This document shows, one piece after another, positions 13,487 through 25,961 of a stretch of 64,000 nt of DNA; the stretch's first letter is position 1; every line of letters starts with the position of its first letter. The translations under genes were made by a program, and so were the position numbers. The stretch comes from Octopus sinensis (taxonomy: Eukaryota). The stretch lies in the NCBI RefSeq assembly GCF_006345805.1, contig NC_043011.1, positions 1,240,001 through 1,304,000 on the forward strand. The letters are read 5' to 3'. The notes under the pieces are model-generated. The model was not told where the DNA came from. It was given only the letters and a program-made list of their open reading frames with translations, and searched no databases.

Positions 13487-13800
13487 GTGTGTGTGTGTGT
13501 GTGTGTGCAGGGCTGGGTTTAAGCCAATTAGTTAAATTTGTTCAAATTGGGCCCCATGCCAAGAGAGGGTCCCTGTGCATGTGTTTCAGCAGAGGGCACG
13601 GTGATGAATTTTCAGTATACTGTTGTGGCTAATGGTGGAGCCTTATGTACTCAGTGCTTTTTGGCTGGGACTGGCATACTACATGAAGCATAAAACATCG
13701 GTCTTCAGCTTTTGTAGAGTAGAGGGCTCCACTGACAATTCTTTAACTGGGTCTTGCATTTCCTAACACTAACCTTGCATATATGTGTGTGCATTATACT

Positions 13801-14030
13801 GGCAGTGAGCTGGCAGACACGTTAGCGCACCGGGCGAAATGCTCAGGGGTATTTCATCTGTCGTTACGTTCTGAGTTCAAATTCCGCCGAGGTCGACTTT
13901 GCCTTTCATCCTTTTGGGGTCGATAAATTAAGTACCAGTTACGCACTGGGGTCGATGTAATCGACTTAATCCGTTTGTCTGTCCTTGTTTGTCCCCTCTA
14001 TGTTTAGCCCCTTGTGGGTAATAAAGAAAC
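13801..14030 (+). mobile_element. SINE family D. Other copies: 30405-30645, 43625-44044 (dimer), 60017-60253; decayed at about 3397-3520 and 61150-61312(-)
   Basis: Shared body GAGTTCAAATTCCGCCGAGGTCGACTTTGCCTTTCATCCTTT. TSDs: ATTATACT (13793/14031), AGGTGATCAGGCTAC (30390/30646), ATATATTTTATTATAT (60001/60254). Confidence 0.85.
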
Positions 14031-15427
14031 AATTATACTAAATATATCAACAGCATTCTTGTATTGAATATATCACAGAAATTTCTCTCAATATCTGTTT
14101 CAAGGAAATTTTATTGTTTAATTAATTTCAGGTTGGGTTGGTTAAACTAGAAGTTAGGAGGTGGAATCTGTGGCCTCAGCACCCAAGAAAACAGAGATGA
14201 AGGGAATTTTAGCTGCTGAATTAGGAGGGAAAAGATGGCAGTGGTGATGGTAGTGGTGATGGCAATGACAGCAACTCTGATAGTAAGGAGGAGTGGGAGG
14301 CATATAACTTATCTAGATATTAATGACGTGTAGGGACACAAGTTATGCAACCATAATATACTACAAAGTATATTAAACGCTTTTATAAGTCGATACTGTG
14401 TTCTACTGTGTTAGCAGTGCTATCAAATCACTTGTTATGGTTATCTCTACAAACTTTCTATAGAAATTATAGCCAGCACTTTATCCACTAGACACTATGA
14501 ATTTAGAAGATGAGCACTACTAGTTTTTAGGGGTTTTTTTTAAATGACATTCTGTAAAGATTTATTTCAATATTAATTTGTTATGCAATAAATTATTACA
14601 AGGATCTAAGTATTTAAGGAGTAGAACATACAATTTCCTGTTTGTCAGACTGCTTCAAAAGAAAAAGTTAATACATTTTAAATAGAAGCAATTGAAAGCA
14701 AAAGAGATAATACATTTATTTGAGTAGGTTGTGAGTTGAAAACAACTGAAATGAATGAAGGAGTAAAAGTGAATGGATTATGTCAGTGGTAATGGAGTTA
14801 TTACATTACCAGTGATGTTGAAGAATCAGTCGCTGACTTAGATGGATATAGCTGTGGTGAATAATCAGAGTGTATTGTGATAGTGGTAGACAAATAAATA
14901 AATTTGATGTTGATGAAAATGACAAATGAAATATAATGCACAAAATTAAATGTAACTGCAAAGAAATTAAATTATGACTTATTTCATGAAAACATAATAG
15001 ATGTTAATATATATGGTTAAATCCTACACTGGGATATGCTAATGTGTGTGTGTGTACGTGCACGTGTGCGTGTGTGTGTGTCTGCATGCATATGTGTGTG
15101 CATGTGTGTGTATGTGTGCATATGTGTGTGTGTGTGTGTATGCAATTATACTGTGCTATTTCAGTATTATTAAGAACAGATGAGGGAATAAATTCCAATG
15201 GCTGGAATATTCCTGTAAGAAGCTACAACTCCATGGTCATATTAACTTTTAAAAGACATAATGCTGGCACAATACCACACAGGTACCTCAAATTGTTGAT
15301 TTTTATTCTCCATTCAAAATACCTTACAAATGAATGCAATTTAATATGAATCTATTTTACAGTAATAGAACTGAGATCGTTCTTTAATTACAAATGAAAT
15401 ATAAAATATTCCCTTGTCAGGTTGTTA

Positions 15428-16701
15428 TGAGGTGGTATCAAAAAGTTCCTAACCTAGTTCTGTAGCACACCAACAGATGGCAGCATATGGTTGCATGTGC
15501 AGTGAGAGCTGCAGTGTACTGAGTGACGTCACTGTGTCTACTTTGCAAGTTGAGAAATTTGTGTTTTTGTGATCACATGTATGCTGTAGTCTGTGATTTT
15601 TGTCATGGACAGGAAGTTGGAACAAAGAGCCAACATGAAACTTTGCTTTTAAACTTGAGGAGTCTGCTACAGAGACATTGAGCATGTTTTGGCAAGCTTA
15701 TGGCAATGAGGCATTGGGTTGTACTCAATGTTTTGAGTGACATGAGTGCTTCAAAAACAGACTGGATGATAATGAGTGATCTGGAAGGCCTGCGATGAGC
15801 AGCACCCCTGGAAATGTGGAGAAATTTCATCAGCTTGTGCATGAGGATCATCGGAGGACAACCAATGGCATTGCTGATGTTGTTTGTCTGTCCTATGGAT
15901 CTGTGCAAGCAATCCTAATGTCTGAATTGAACATGTGACATGTCTCTGCCAAGTTTGTCCCCCACCTGCTGAGCACTGAGCAGAAAGACCATCGTGTCAA
16001 ATTCTGTCAAGATCTCCATCAGCATGCTGCTGATGATCCATCCTTCAGGTCAAGGATCATCACCGGTGATGAGAGTTGGGTCTACAGGTATGACTCTGAG
16101 ATGAAGCAGCAGTTGTCACAATGGAAGAGGCCTTCATCTCCATGACTAAAGACACAATAAAGCTACAGCTCAGTCAAGAGCATGCTCATCGTTTTTTTCC
16201 AACATCCGTGGTATTGTGCATCAAGAATTTGTCCCCCAGAGCCAGACCATCAATCGAGAGTTCTACTGTGACATTTTGAAGTGTCTGAGAGAGGACATTT
16301 GGTGAAAACAACCAGATTTGTGGAGCATGAAGAATTAGATTCTTCACAACAACAATGCACCATGTCATCAAGCTCTCCTCACTCATGAGTTTCTCACCAA
16401 AATCAACATAGTTTGGATTCTACACTCACCTTATTCGCCAGATTTGGCACCCATGGACTTCTATCTCTCTTCCCTAAAATGAAAATGCAGCTCAAAGGTT
16501 ACCATTTTAACACCATTGTTGAGATCCAGAGTGAATCACAGAAAACGACTTCCAGACCAAATTCAAAAAGTGGTAAGAATAATGGGACTGGTGTATTGCT
16601 GTGCAAAGTGACTATTTTCAAGGAGATTTTGTTAAAACTTAGGTAAATAAGTAATTTTTTATTAAACATAACTAGTCTGGGAACATTTTGATACCACCAT
16701 A
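15428..16701 (+). mobile_element. Decayed full-length mariner
   Basis: TIRs TGAGGTGGTATCAAAAAGTTCC / GGAACATTTTGATACCACCATA with flanking TA; remnants KFVPHLL, IITGDESWV, SPDLAPMD. Confidence 0.85.
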
Positions 16702-18780
16702 TAGTAGAATATAATAAATGAATAAATTATTGTGATATACAATGGCAATCACAAGAATATAATGAATTTTCTTTTTTTGGTTTAGACGATAAATGTTATC
16801 ATCGTAGATCAATCCATGCATTCAACTCTGACCTAAATTTATCAACAAAAGACAAGAGATAACAAAAAAGAAGTTGAAGTTATCTAATTAAGTCAGATTT
16901 AATAAACTGTTAGAATCACTGCAGGAACATTGCATGATTGCTATCAAGAATTTCATTACTCAGAATTTATCTTCTTGGTGGATTGTAATATATAAATATA
17001 TTAATTACTGAATAAGGTATATTAATTACTGAATAATGTGTTATGGTGTTTAATTTATGCAGCCATATTCAAATCTGTGCAAACTAGCTAATTTGAAACA
17101 TTTTTTAGGTGACAAGAACTTTCAAACATTCTCAAAATATTTCTCAATGGATAAAACTTCTTGCACCAGGTTGTCATCCACTATATTAGCTATATTCTTA
17201 TTAAGCTTTTTTAGTTCTTAACACAATATGAAAGAGTCTCTTACACACTTGGACATAGAAACACCATCTGAAGTCCTAATATTTATTTAGCTCATATCCC
17301 GTAAGTGACCTTTGTAGATTCCATAACTATACAAAAATTCCAAACTATATACAGACTTGCTGCTTATAGTGTTGAGATGTGCCAACCATAGTATTCATCT
17401 ACAATAAAATGGAACTGGATCAATGAATATCAAATATCTTTGTTATGGAAACCCTATAGCATAAGTGTTGATATCAAATCCTTTTGTTTTTTATCTGAAT
17501 ACCTTATCTAATAGAGCCATGACTATCAGAAACATACATATAGCAACATGTAGAAATTCCACATTTTTTTTAAAAATCAGAATATTAAAATATTTACATC
17601 ATCAACAACCATTAATAACTTTTAGTTATTCTTATGAATGATTACTGAAACAAATCTGTTTTCTGTGGACTTTTGAACCAAAACCATTTCATATCAGATG
17701 CTGCTGCTTTCTTACGCTTATTTCTTCAAATGTTTCTGTAATATGTGTTTTCTTTTATGAGTGTCCTCATCCATTTTCTTGATTGCATTTCTACAAAATG
17801 TAAAAATAGTCTTATAAATGATCTAAATATCATTAACCTCAAATAACTGACACTGCTTTTTGAAATTTTCTGTTAGAGTAACCCATGTTTGATTCAGATA
17901 TATATAAATTTGATTTTCATTTTCGCCTTTTAAATTCATTTTGAAGCCACAAAGTAAAAGTAAAGTTTTCTACTCTCTTTCTAAAGACGTTAAGAACTTA
18001 ATTTCAAGACTCAGGAAATAATTGACTTTCTCAATAATCCTTATTTCTAATCAATATGGATTCTACTTATCAATTTTCAGCAAGTTTTTTGAAATTCACC
18101 TTCTACTGATTTGCCTTATTACCAATCTCACCACCAGCCTTTGTCCTGTTAACTTCTCATTGTTTTTAGTTTATCATCGAAGTGTCAAATGACATTTATT
18201 TACTGGAGAAGGTATCTTTTTACGTATAATAAAATGCAATGTGTGTCTCATTTGTCACACTAGGTGAAGAGGAGTAAAACAACAAATGGAGTCGGTGACA
18301 GTCAGAGACACTAAGGGCAGACTAACTGCATTCAAATGCTTTGCTCTGAAGATGCTGCTATTTTAATCAAAATAAACCGGCAAATTTTTATCGTAAATTG
18401 TATTTAGTTTATCAGTTTCACATACACAGAAATATATAAATGAAATTAAATATTAAACACTATTTGCTTTCAAAATATTATTGTTCATTCATATAACATA
18501 TGTATAAATGTTATGCGAACGATATATACTTACATTTTTTAAAAATTTTAATTCCTTTTTCCATGTTTGTCCTCTCTGATGCAAGCCCTTATTTCTTTTT
18601 CCAAGTATAGGATAACATATTTTACTGATTTCATCAATCTAAAAAATGTAAACAAACATAAGCACATGCACACACCTTCACACACATGTATATGTATGGA
18701 CATGCATAGGTGTATCTAAATATGTATGCATATGTATGAGTGTATGTATGTATATATATATATATATGTATGTGTGAAAG

Positions 18781-18816
<36 letters not shown>

Positions 18817-19284
18817 AAGAGATGCATCTATATATAAATGTATATACATGTATATATAAAGGTGGAAGAGCTCATGAGTAGTCAACGGCCGTCCAACAAT
18901 ATGTACATGTGTATGTATGCATGTGTGTGCAGGGATGTGGAAATACCTGGGTTGGTGTCCAGCCACGTGGTTGGCTCACTAGGAGTGGGAGGCCTCCACA
19001 ACATCTCTCTAAGAGAGGGAAACTCTGAGAGAAAATCTGCAGCGCTGATTTGAGGATGTAGACTAGTTCTTCTTTTTGAGTTTATGCTCTCCATGTACAG
19101 AGAGGGAAATTGGATTTGTGCAAATCCTTTCCCCACTATAAAAAAAAATCATCAGGCACAGGCATCACCTGAAAAAAGTAGGACCTATCATAAAAATGGT
19201 TGATTGTAGTCTCTGTATGTGTGGGATGACAATACTCGAACATGAGTCTGTAGCCATCATATATATATATATATATATATATTT

Positions 19285-19484
19285 ATTTATTTTATAGAAG
19301 GAGCTTCTACAGGACTAGAACTGTTTCATTCAGATGAAATCTTCAGGAAGCTTCCTGAAGATTTCATCTGAATGAAACAGTTCTAGTCCTGTAGAAGCTC
19401 CTTCTATAAAATAAATTACTTTACTCTGCTATGTATTGAGTACCTTATTTACTGTGGTTAACCCCGACTCAACCCGGGACCTAC
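19285..19484 (+). mobile_element. Fold-back hammerhead element B: perfect 132-bp palindrome 19285-19416 plus 68-nt tail, between two (TA)n tracts
   Basis: Loopless palindrome centred on AAG|CTT at 19350/19351; (TA)n at about 19260-19281 and from 19485. Confidence 0.75.
19349..19399 (+). ncRNA. Type I hammerhead ribozyme (mirror copy on - strand at 19302-19352)
   Basis: Stem I AGCTTC(19349-19354)/GAAGCT(19394-19399); CTGAAGA 19355-19361; stem II TTCA/TGAA behind a T.T mismatch; GAAA 19374-19377; stem III ACAG/CTGT with loop TTCTAGTC; triplet GTA 19391-19393. Confidence 0.8.
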
Positions 19485-19727
19485 ATATATATATATATAT
19501 ATATATATGTATGAAAAATATTAGAAAAAAAACACCTTTTATCAATTCAAAATAAATAATTAAATTACACCATCTAGAAAATTACATATAATAGAAAAGT
19601 TAAAATTAAAATAACAATAAAAAGTAAAGATTAAGTAAATTACAAAAATTATAAAAATGTATATAATAGGTAGAAAAACATGTGTATGCAGGGATGTGGA
19701 AATATCTATATATATCTATATCTATCG

Positions 19728-19794
<67 letters not shown>

Positions 19795-19819
19795 AATCTA
19801 TATATCTATCTATATATCA

Positions 19820-22655
19820 GCCCTCAGCCCCCTTTTATTCATCATATTCCTCCAGGCAATAACAGAGGAATTCAAAACAGGTTGCCCCTGGGAGCTCCTC
19901 TATGCTGATGACCTGGCCCTCATAGCAGAATCACTACCGGAACTAAAAAAGAAATTTCGGATGAGGAAACAAGGGTTAGAATCTAAGGGCCTTAGAGTAA
20001 ATGTAGCGAAGACCAAAGTTATAGTATGCAGAAAGGCGAACTCAGTACACCCCCCATCGGGCAGATGGCCCTGCTCAAGCTGTAGGAAAGGTGTAGGTAG
20101 AAACTCCATAAGATGCACCCAGTGTAAGCTATGGACGCATAAGAGGTGCAGCAACATCAAAGGGAAATTAACTGATAAGATAGCTTTCATGTGCGGCAGA
20201 TGCAAAGGGACAATAGACACCACAGACACTCAAAAAACTGATTCCATCACACTCCAGGGGGATAAACTAGAAGTAGTTGATAGTTTTCGCTACCTGGGTG
20301 ACCAAGTTAGTAGTGGGGGTGGATGCTCAGAGAGTGTCACCACTAGAATACGAGTAGCCTGGGCAAAGTTTAGAAAGCTCCTACCCCTACTGGCGACAAA
20401 GGGTCTCTCACTCAGAGTGAAAGGTAGATTGTATGATGCATGTGTGCGAACTGCCATGCTTCACGGCAGTGAAACATGGGCCGTGACTGCAGAGGACATG
20501 CGTGGACTTGAAAGAAATGAAGCTAGCATGATCCGCTGGATGTGTAATGTCAGTGTGAAAGCACGACAGAGTGTAAGCACCCTGAGAGAAATGCTAGGCA
20601 TAAGAAGCATCAGATGCGGTGTGCAAGAGCGACGCTTGCGATGGTATGGTCATGTACTGCGGATGGATGAGGAGAGATGTGTGAAGAAGTGCCACTCCCG
20701 AACAGTTGAAGGAATCAGGGGGAGAGGTAGACCCAGGAAGACATGGGATGAGGTAGTCAAGCATGACCTCAGAGCGTTGAGCCTCACTGAGGCAATGGCG
20801 AAGGACCGAGACCTCTGGAGATGTGCTGTGACTACTAAGACCCGGGATGCTCCCGGCACCAGTTCCGCATAAGACACAGGATGCTCCCGGCACCAGTTCC
20901 GCATACCCCCTGCCCACCCAAAGTACCTTGGTTCCCGGAACATCTCGCTGTGCTTGAGGAGATCTGTCGAGTCAAGTGCATATACATGAACATCGAACCA
21001 AATATCAATGGAAACAGTAGTTATGATACCTGTGCCGGTGACACATAGAAAGCACCAACTGATCGTGGCCGTCGCCAGTGCAGCCTCCACTGGCTTCTGT
21101 GCCGGTGGCACATAAAAAGCACCATCCGAACGTGACCGATGCCAACTCCGCCTCGAATGGCTTCTGTGCCGGTGGCACATGAATATGAAACCAAATATCA
21201 ATGGAAACAGTAGTTGTGATACCTGTGCCGGTGACACATATAAAGCACGATCCGAACGTGGCCGTAGCCAGTGCACCCTCCACTGGCTTCTGTGCTGGTG
21301 GCACATAAAAAGCACCATCCGAACGTGACCGATGCCAACCCCGCCTCGAATGGCTTCTGTGCCGGTGGCACATGAATATCAAACCAAATATCAATGGAAA
21401 CAGTAGTTGTGATACCTGTGCCGGTGACACATATAAAGCACCGTCCGAACGAGGCCGTTGCCAGTGAAACCTCCGATGGCTTCTGTGCCGGTGGCACATA
21501 AAAAGCACCATCCGAACGTGATCGATGCCAACCCCGCCTCGAATGGCTTCTGTGCCGGTGGCACATGAATATCGAACCAAATATCAATGGAAACAGTAGT
21601 TGTGATACCTCAACCCCGCCTCGAATGGCTTCCATGCCGGTGGCACATGAATATCGAACCAAATATCAATGGAAACAATAGTTGTGATACCTGTGCCGGT
21701 GACACATAAAAAGCACCATCCGAACGTGGCCGTTGCCAGTGCAGCCTCCACTGGCTCTGTGCCGGTGGCACATAAAAAGCACCATCCGAACGTGACCGAT
21801 GCCAACCCCGCCTCGAATGGCTTCTGTGCCGGTGGCACATAAAAAGCAATGTCCGAACATGACCGATGCCAGCACCGCCCCGACTGGCTTAAAAAGCACC
21901 AACCGATCGTGGGATCCCGGAACATCTCGCTGTGCTTGAGGAGACCTGTTGAGTCAAGTGCATGAACGTGACCGATACCAACCCCGCCTCGAATGGGTTC
22001 TGTGCCGGTGGCACATAAAAAGCAACATCCGAACGTGGCCGATGCCAGCACCGCCCCGACTGGCTTCTGCGCCGGTGACACATGAATATCGAACCAAATA
22101 ACAATGGAAACAGTAGTTGTGATACCTCAACCCCCGCCTCGAATGGCTTCCGTGCCGGTGGCACATAAATGTTGAACCAAATATCAATGGAAACAGTAGT
22201 TGTGATACCTGTGCCGGTGACACATAAAAAGCACCATCTGAACGTGGCCATCGCCAGTGCAGCCTCCACTGGCTTCTGTGCCGGTGGCACATAAAAAGCA
22301 CCATCCGAACATGACCGATGCCAACCCCGCCTCGAATGGGTTCTGTGCCGGTAGCACATAAAAAGCAACATCCGAACGTGACCGATGCCAGCACCGCCTT
22401 GACTGGCTTCTGTGCTGGTAGCACAAAAAAAAAAAAAAAAGCACCAACTGATCGTGGCCGATGCCAGACCCCTCTGGCACCTGTGCAGGTGGCACGTAAA
22501 AAGCACCCACTACACTCGCGGAGTGGTTGGCGTTAGGAAGGGCATCCAGCTGTAGAAACACTGCCAGATCAGACTGGAGCCTGGGGCAGCCCCTGGCTCC
22601 CCAGACCCCGGTCGAACCGTCCAACCCGTGCTAGCGCGGAAAACGGACGTTAAAC

Positions 22656-22697
<42 letters not shown>
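19820..22697 (+). mobile_element. 5'-truncated RTE-clade LINE: RT C-terminal half (ORF intact to stop at 20870-20872), expanded modular 3' UTR, (GAT)n tail
   Basis: Translation LSPLLFII...LLYADDLALIA...LEVVDSFRYLG...RLRWYGHVLRM...GRPRKTW; tail (GAT)n ends at about 22697. Confidence 0.92.
20996..22440 (+). repeat. Higher-order minisatellite in the RTE 3' UTR (193-bp unit of three about 64-bp modules)
   Basis: AACCAAATATCAATGG recurs at 20996, 21189, 21382 and 21575; each module carries TGTGCC-GGT-GGCACA or a close variant. Confidence 0.9.
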
Positions 22698-22712
22698 ATC
22701 TATATCTATCTA

Positions 22713-22754
<42 letters not shown>

Positions 22755-22760
<6 letters not shown>

Positions 22761-23313
22761 GAAATATTACATTTCTAAATCTCTCAGAGAGACTTATACA
22801 GTAGCAGCATGATAAAGTGACGGTTTGTTACCAACTTAATGTGGCAGTCCCAGGAAAGGGAAGAATGCTACTGCTATTTAGCCCCAGGAAGCATCGTTTC
22901 CAGTTGGCTATGTGACACAAGCGTACTGTGTCCATAAGTTTTCAAACAGGGGTGATACGAACCTCCACCCAGGAAAGCCAGCATCCAGAGACTAGTTTCT
23001 GAATCATTGCTCTTGATCAGTTTGGAGTAGCTTGGCTTGCTAGCTGTCGATGCTTATTCGCCTTTGAAAACTTATAGCATTTCAAGTGAAATAAGTCCAC
23101 TGATCTACAAAATTAGAAATACTTTGTAGATCATAAATCTCTCACGCTTGTGTCACATAGCCAACTGAAAACGGTGTTTCCTGGGGCTAAATAGCAGAAG
23201 TATTCTTCCCTTTCCTGGGACTGCCACATTAAGTTGGCAACAAGCTGTCATTTTATTGTGCTGTTACTGTATAAGTCTCTCTGAAAGATTTAGAAATGCA
23301 ATATTTCTAATAT
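22755..23313. mobile_element. MITE / fold-back element with 170-bp terminal inverted repeats, next to (TA)n
   Basis: 22755-22924 and 23144-23313 are imperfect reverse complements; internal hairpin 23101-23133. Confidence 0.85.
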
Positions 23314-23319
23314 GCCTGT

Positions 23320-23750
23320 GGGCATATGGCGAAGTGGTTAAGAGTGCGGGCTACTAACCCCGAGATTCTGAGTTTGATTCCAGGCAGTGACCTGAATAAT
23401 AATAATAATAATAATATAACATAATTTTCGTTTTTTTTTTTAGACATTCACTAGTACAACACTAAATACAAAACCAAATATATGGCACACTAGGCATAAC
23501 AACAACACAAACTTCAACCTGTTGTCTCTTGAGGTCTCTGGGTGAGACTTGGAGCCAACTTGTACAAATATAAAGCAAAAGTCGAACATAGAATAATAAT
23601 AATAACAACATCGAAAAATACCTTAGGAATAAGAACCCAGGTTTGAAATTTTATCAAGACACCTGATGAAGGCCGGAGGGTATATCAGCTGAAATGTGTT
23701 AACAACAAAGATGAGAACAAATATCCGTCAATTGTAAATAATGTAATAAT
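23320..23750 (+). mobile_element. tRNA-headed SINE with (AAT)n linker and a decayed hammerhead-like motif in its 3' part
   Basis: A-box TGGCGAAGTGG 23327-23337; B-box GTTTGATTCC 23372-23381; (AAT)n interrupted by about 170 bp; ACAC-CTGATGA...GAAA-T-GTGT at 23659-23699. Confidence 0.6.
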
Positions 23751-24248
23751 CACTTTGCCCTCCACCACATCCTGTGTTACATCCTTTATTTCTTGGTTCT
23801 GTAAATGTTCCTGTAACGACTTGTCCTTCCACGCCTCCTCCCCTACCTTTGCAAAGCGAACAACAGACTTGTTGTCTGCCGTTCTACCTAACAGTTTTAT
23901 TTGGTAGTGGGATTTTATATATCTAAAAACTCGTTCATTTAATAAGTCAAATGAAATAAATCTTTCATTTTTTAAAACTTTTTTATCCTATTTATGGGGT
24001 GGGGGGTTTAGCAAAATGTGTTCCAATTAACACTACCAAAGGGATGGAGTTGGGGAATTTTTTTAATGTTGTCTGTTTGCAAAGATTTTTTTGCTTGGGG
24101 AGGGGAGTCCATGGTATTTGTTTTTTTTTCTTTTATGTGTAACCTGGGTAAATTCCATTTCGTTTTTTTCCGGAGCTTTTCCTTTATCTACTTTTTTCCA
24201 GTTTTGGGATTTCCTGTTGTTTTCTCTGGGTTTTCTGTTTCTTTCACC

Positions 24249-24857
24249 TCATTTTGGGGAGGGGCTTCGTTTTCTGTTTTTCTTGGTACAAGCTGAGTGA
24301 ACATGGTCCTTCTGCCCACCCTTAAAGCATCTGGGCCTACGTCCCTCTACTGACACACGAATTGTATGCACCTCCCTTACAAACAGCCTATCAGGCGAAT
24401 TTTCAAGGGTCGCATTGGTTGCTTGAAAAGCCATTTCTAAGGATTGTCCTTGCCAGTTTCCTGCTTCCTTTTTCCTCATTTGCAGGATTGAAATTTCTTC
24501 TTTCATGCCATACTCTACTACAGCCACTACCCACATTACTTCATACCCCACTGGGATCTCTTCCACTGTCACTTTTGTAATCCTGCGACCCAAGTAAGTG
24601 GGCAGCAGCATTATCTCTTCATTCTTCAACATTTGTGTAGACACCTCCTTGGCTACACTAGCCAACTCGAAATGTGCCTCAATTGTGGTGCTTCTTGCTC
24701 CTTGACTAATGTAGCATACTTTATTCCAGATAGGTGCCATACATTTTTCTACTGCTTTCTTTTTTACATACATTATACACTTTTCTTTGATGTTGTAGAC
24801 TTTATACACAACTGTTTTTGCATTAATGGCTTGTACTGTCTGAGGGGGCAGCAACAA
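24249..24857 (-). mobile_element. Decayed gag/ORF1-like region of a non-LTR retroelement
   Basis: 202-aa frame ending in a broken CX2CX4HX4C knuckle (RRPRCFKGGQKDHVHSAC) followed by a basic tract. Confidence 0.55.
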
Positions 24858-24879
24858 CTTGGTATCTACTGTAGTGTTT

Positions 24880-25060
24880 GAGATGTTTAGGGAAACTGGA
24901 CTGCTAACAGGGAAGTTCTTGTAATTGTTGGCAGCTCACCTTACCGAGGAGTCAGTGATGACTATGAGGGTGCTTGGCTGTTCCAACATCTGAGCCTTGC
25001 CATCACACGCAGTAATGCTGCAAGTGTGTTGACTTGCTTCAATAGGTTCTGTTGAACCTT
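24880..25060 (+). mobile_element. 3' coding end of a CRE-like (RLE) retroelement
   Basis: From 24966: EGAWLFQHLSLAITRSNAASVL, resembling the FQRLSxAIQRGNAA C-terminal motif. Confidence 0.45.
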
Positions 25061-25574
25061 ATGGTGTGCAACCAATTAAGGCACTTGGTGTTGAATTGAT
25101 TTTTTCCCCCTCTTTTTCCTTTTTGTTTTCTCCCGGTTTTGGATTTGTAATTTTTATGTTTTGTATTATATATGTATCTTATACATACATGTTCTAGTCC
25201 AAAAAAAAACTATATATATATACTGTAAAAATATAAAATTAAATACATTTAGTTATACTTAGCAATGCACAGAAGAAACATTTGGGAGTTCATAATCAAA
25301 TAACAACTTTGACAGACAAATACTAAATCATATTCTATAGAAATGTAATTTTATTGATAGGTTGGGCTGCACCATAACCCCACATTAAAATGATAGAACA
25401 TTTTATCATAAATAATGACCTCTAGTTAACCTTGTGCATCTGAGTTATTTAAAGCTAATCACGGGAATCTTCACGCTATTGACATTAGCATCAGTAAAAC
25501 ACAGATCTTGTTGTTTTTTACTAGGAAACTCTTTGTGATATATTCCATCCAATGTCTCTTTATATCAACATTAG

Positions 25575-25961
25575 GTGCAATGGCCCAGTGGTTAGGGCAG
25601 CGGACTCACGGTCATAGGATCGCGGTTTCGATTCCCAGACCGGGCGTTGTGAGTGTTTATTGAGCGAAAACACCTAAAAGCTCCCCGAGGCTCTGGCAGG
25701 GGATGGTGGTGATCCCTGCTGTACTCTTTCACCACAGCTTTCTCTCACTCTTACTTCCTGTTTCTGTTGTACCTGTATTTCAAGGGGCCGGCCTTGTCAC
25801 TATCTGTGTCACGCTGAATATCCCTGAGAACTACGTTAAGGGTGCACGTGTCTGTGGAGTGCTCAGCCACTTACACGTTAATTTCACAAGCAGGCTGTTC
25901 CGTTGATTCGGATCAACCAGAACCCTCATCGTCGTAACCGACGGAGTGCTTCCATCCATCC
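25575..25961 (+). mobile_element. tRNA-derived SINE, family A
   Basis: Near-identical to 1113-1483; TSD ATATCAACATTAG (25562-25574, 25962-25974). Confidence 0.85.

Noticed and set aside
20996-22440. CRISPR-like or cassette-like repeat-spacer array
   Set aside because: The spacers are themselves recurring modules; the array lies in an RTE 3' UTR in eukaryotic DNA; no cas genes.
20650-22624. Multiple overlapping 70-220 aa ORFs on the - strand
   Set aside because: Read-through of the GC-rich tandem array antisense to the RTE.
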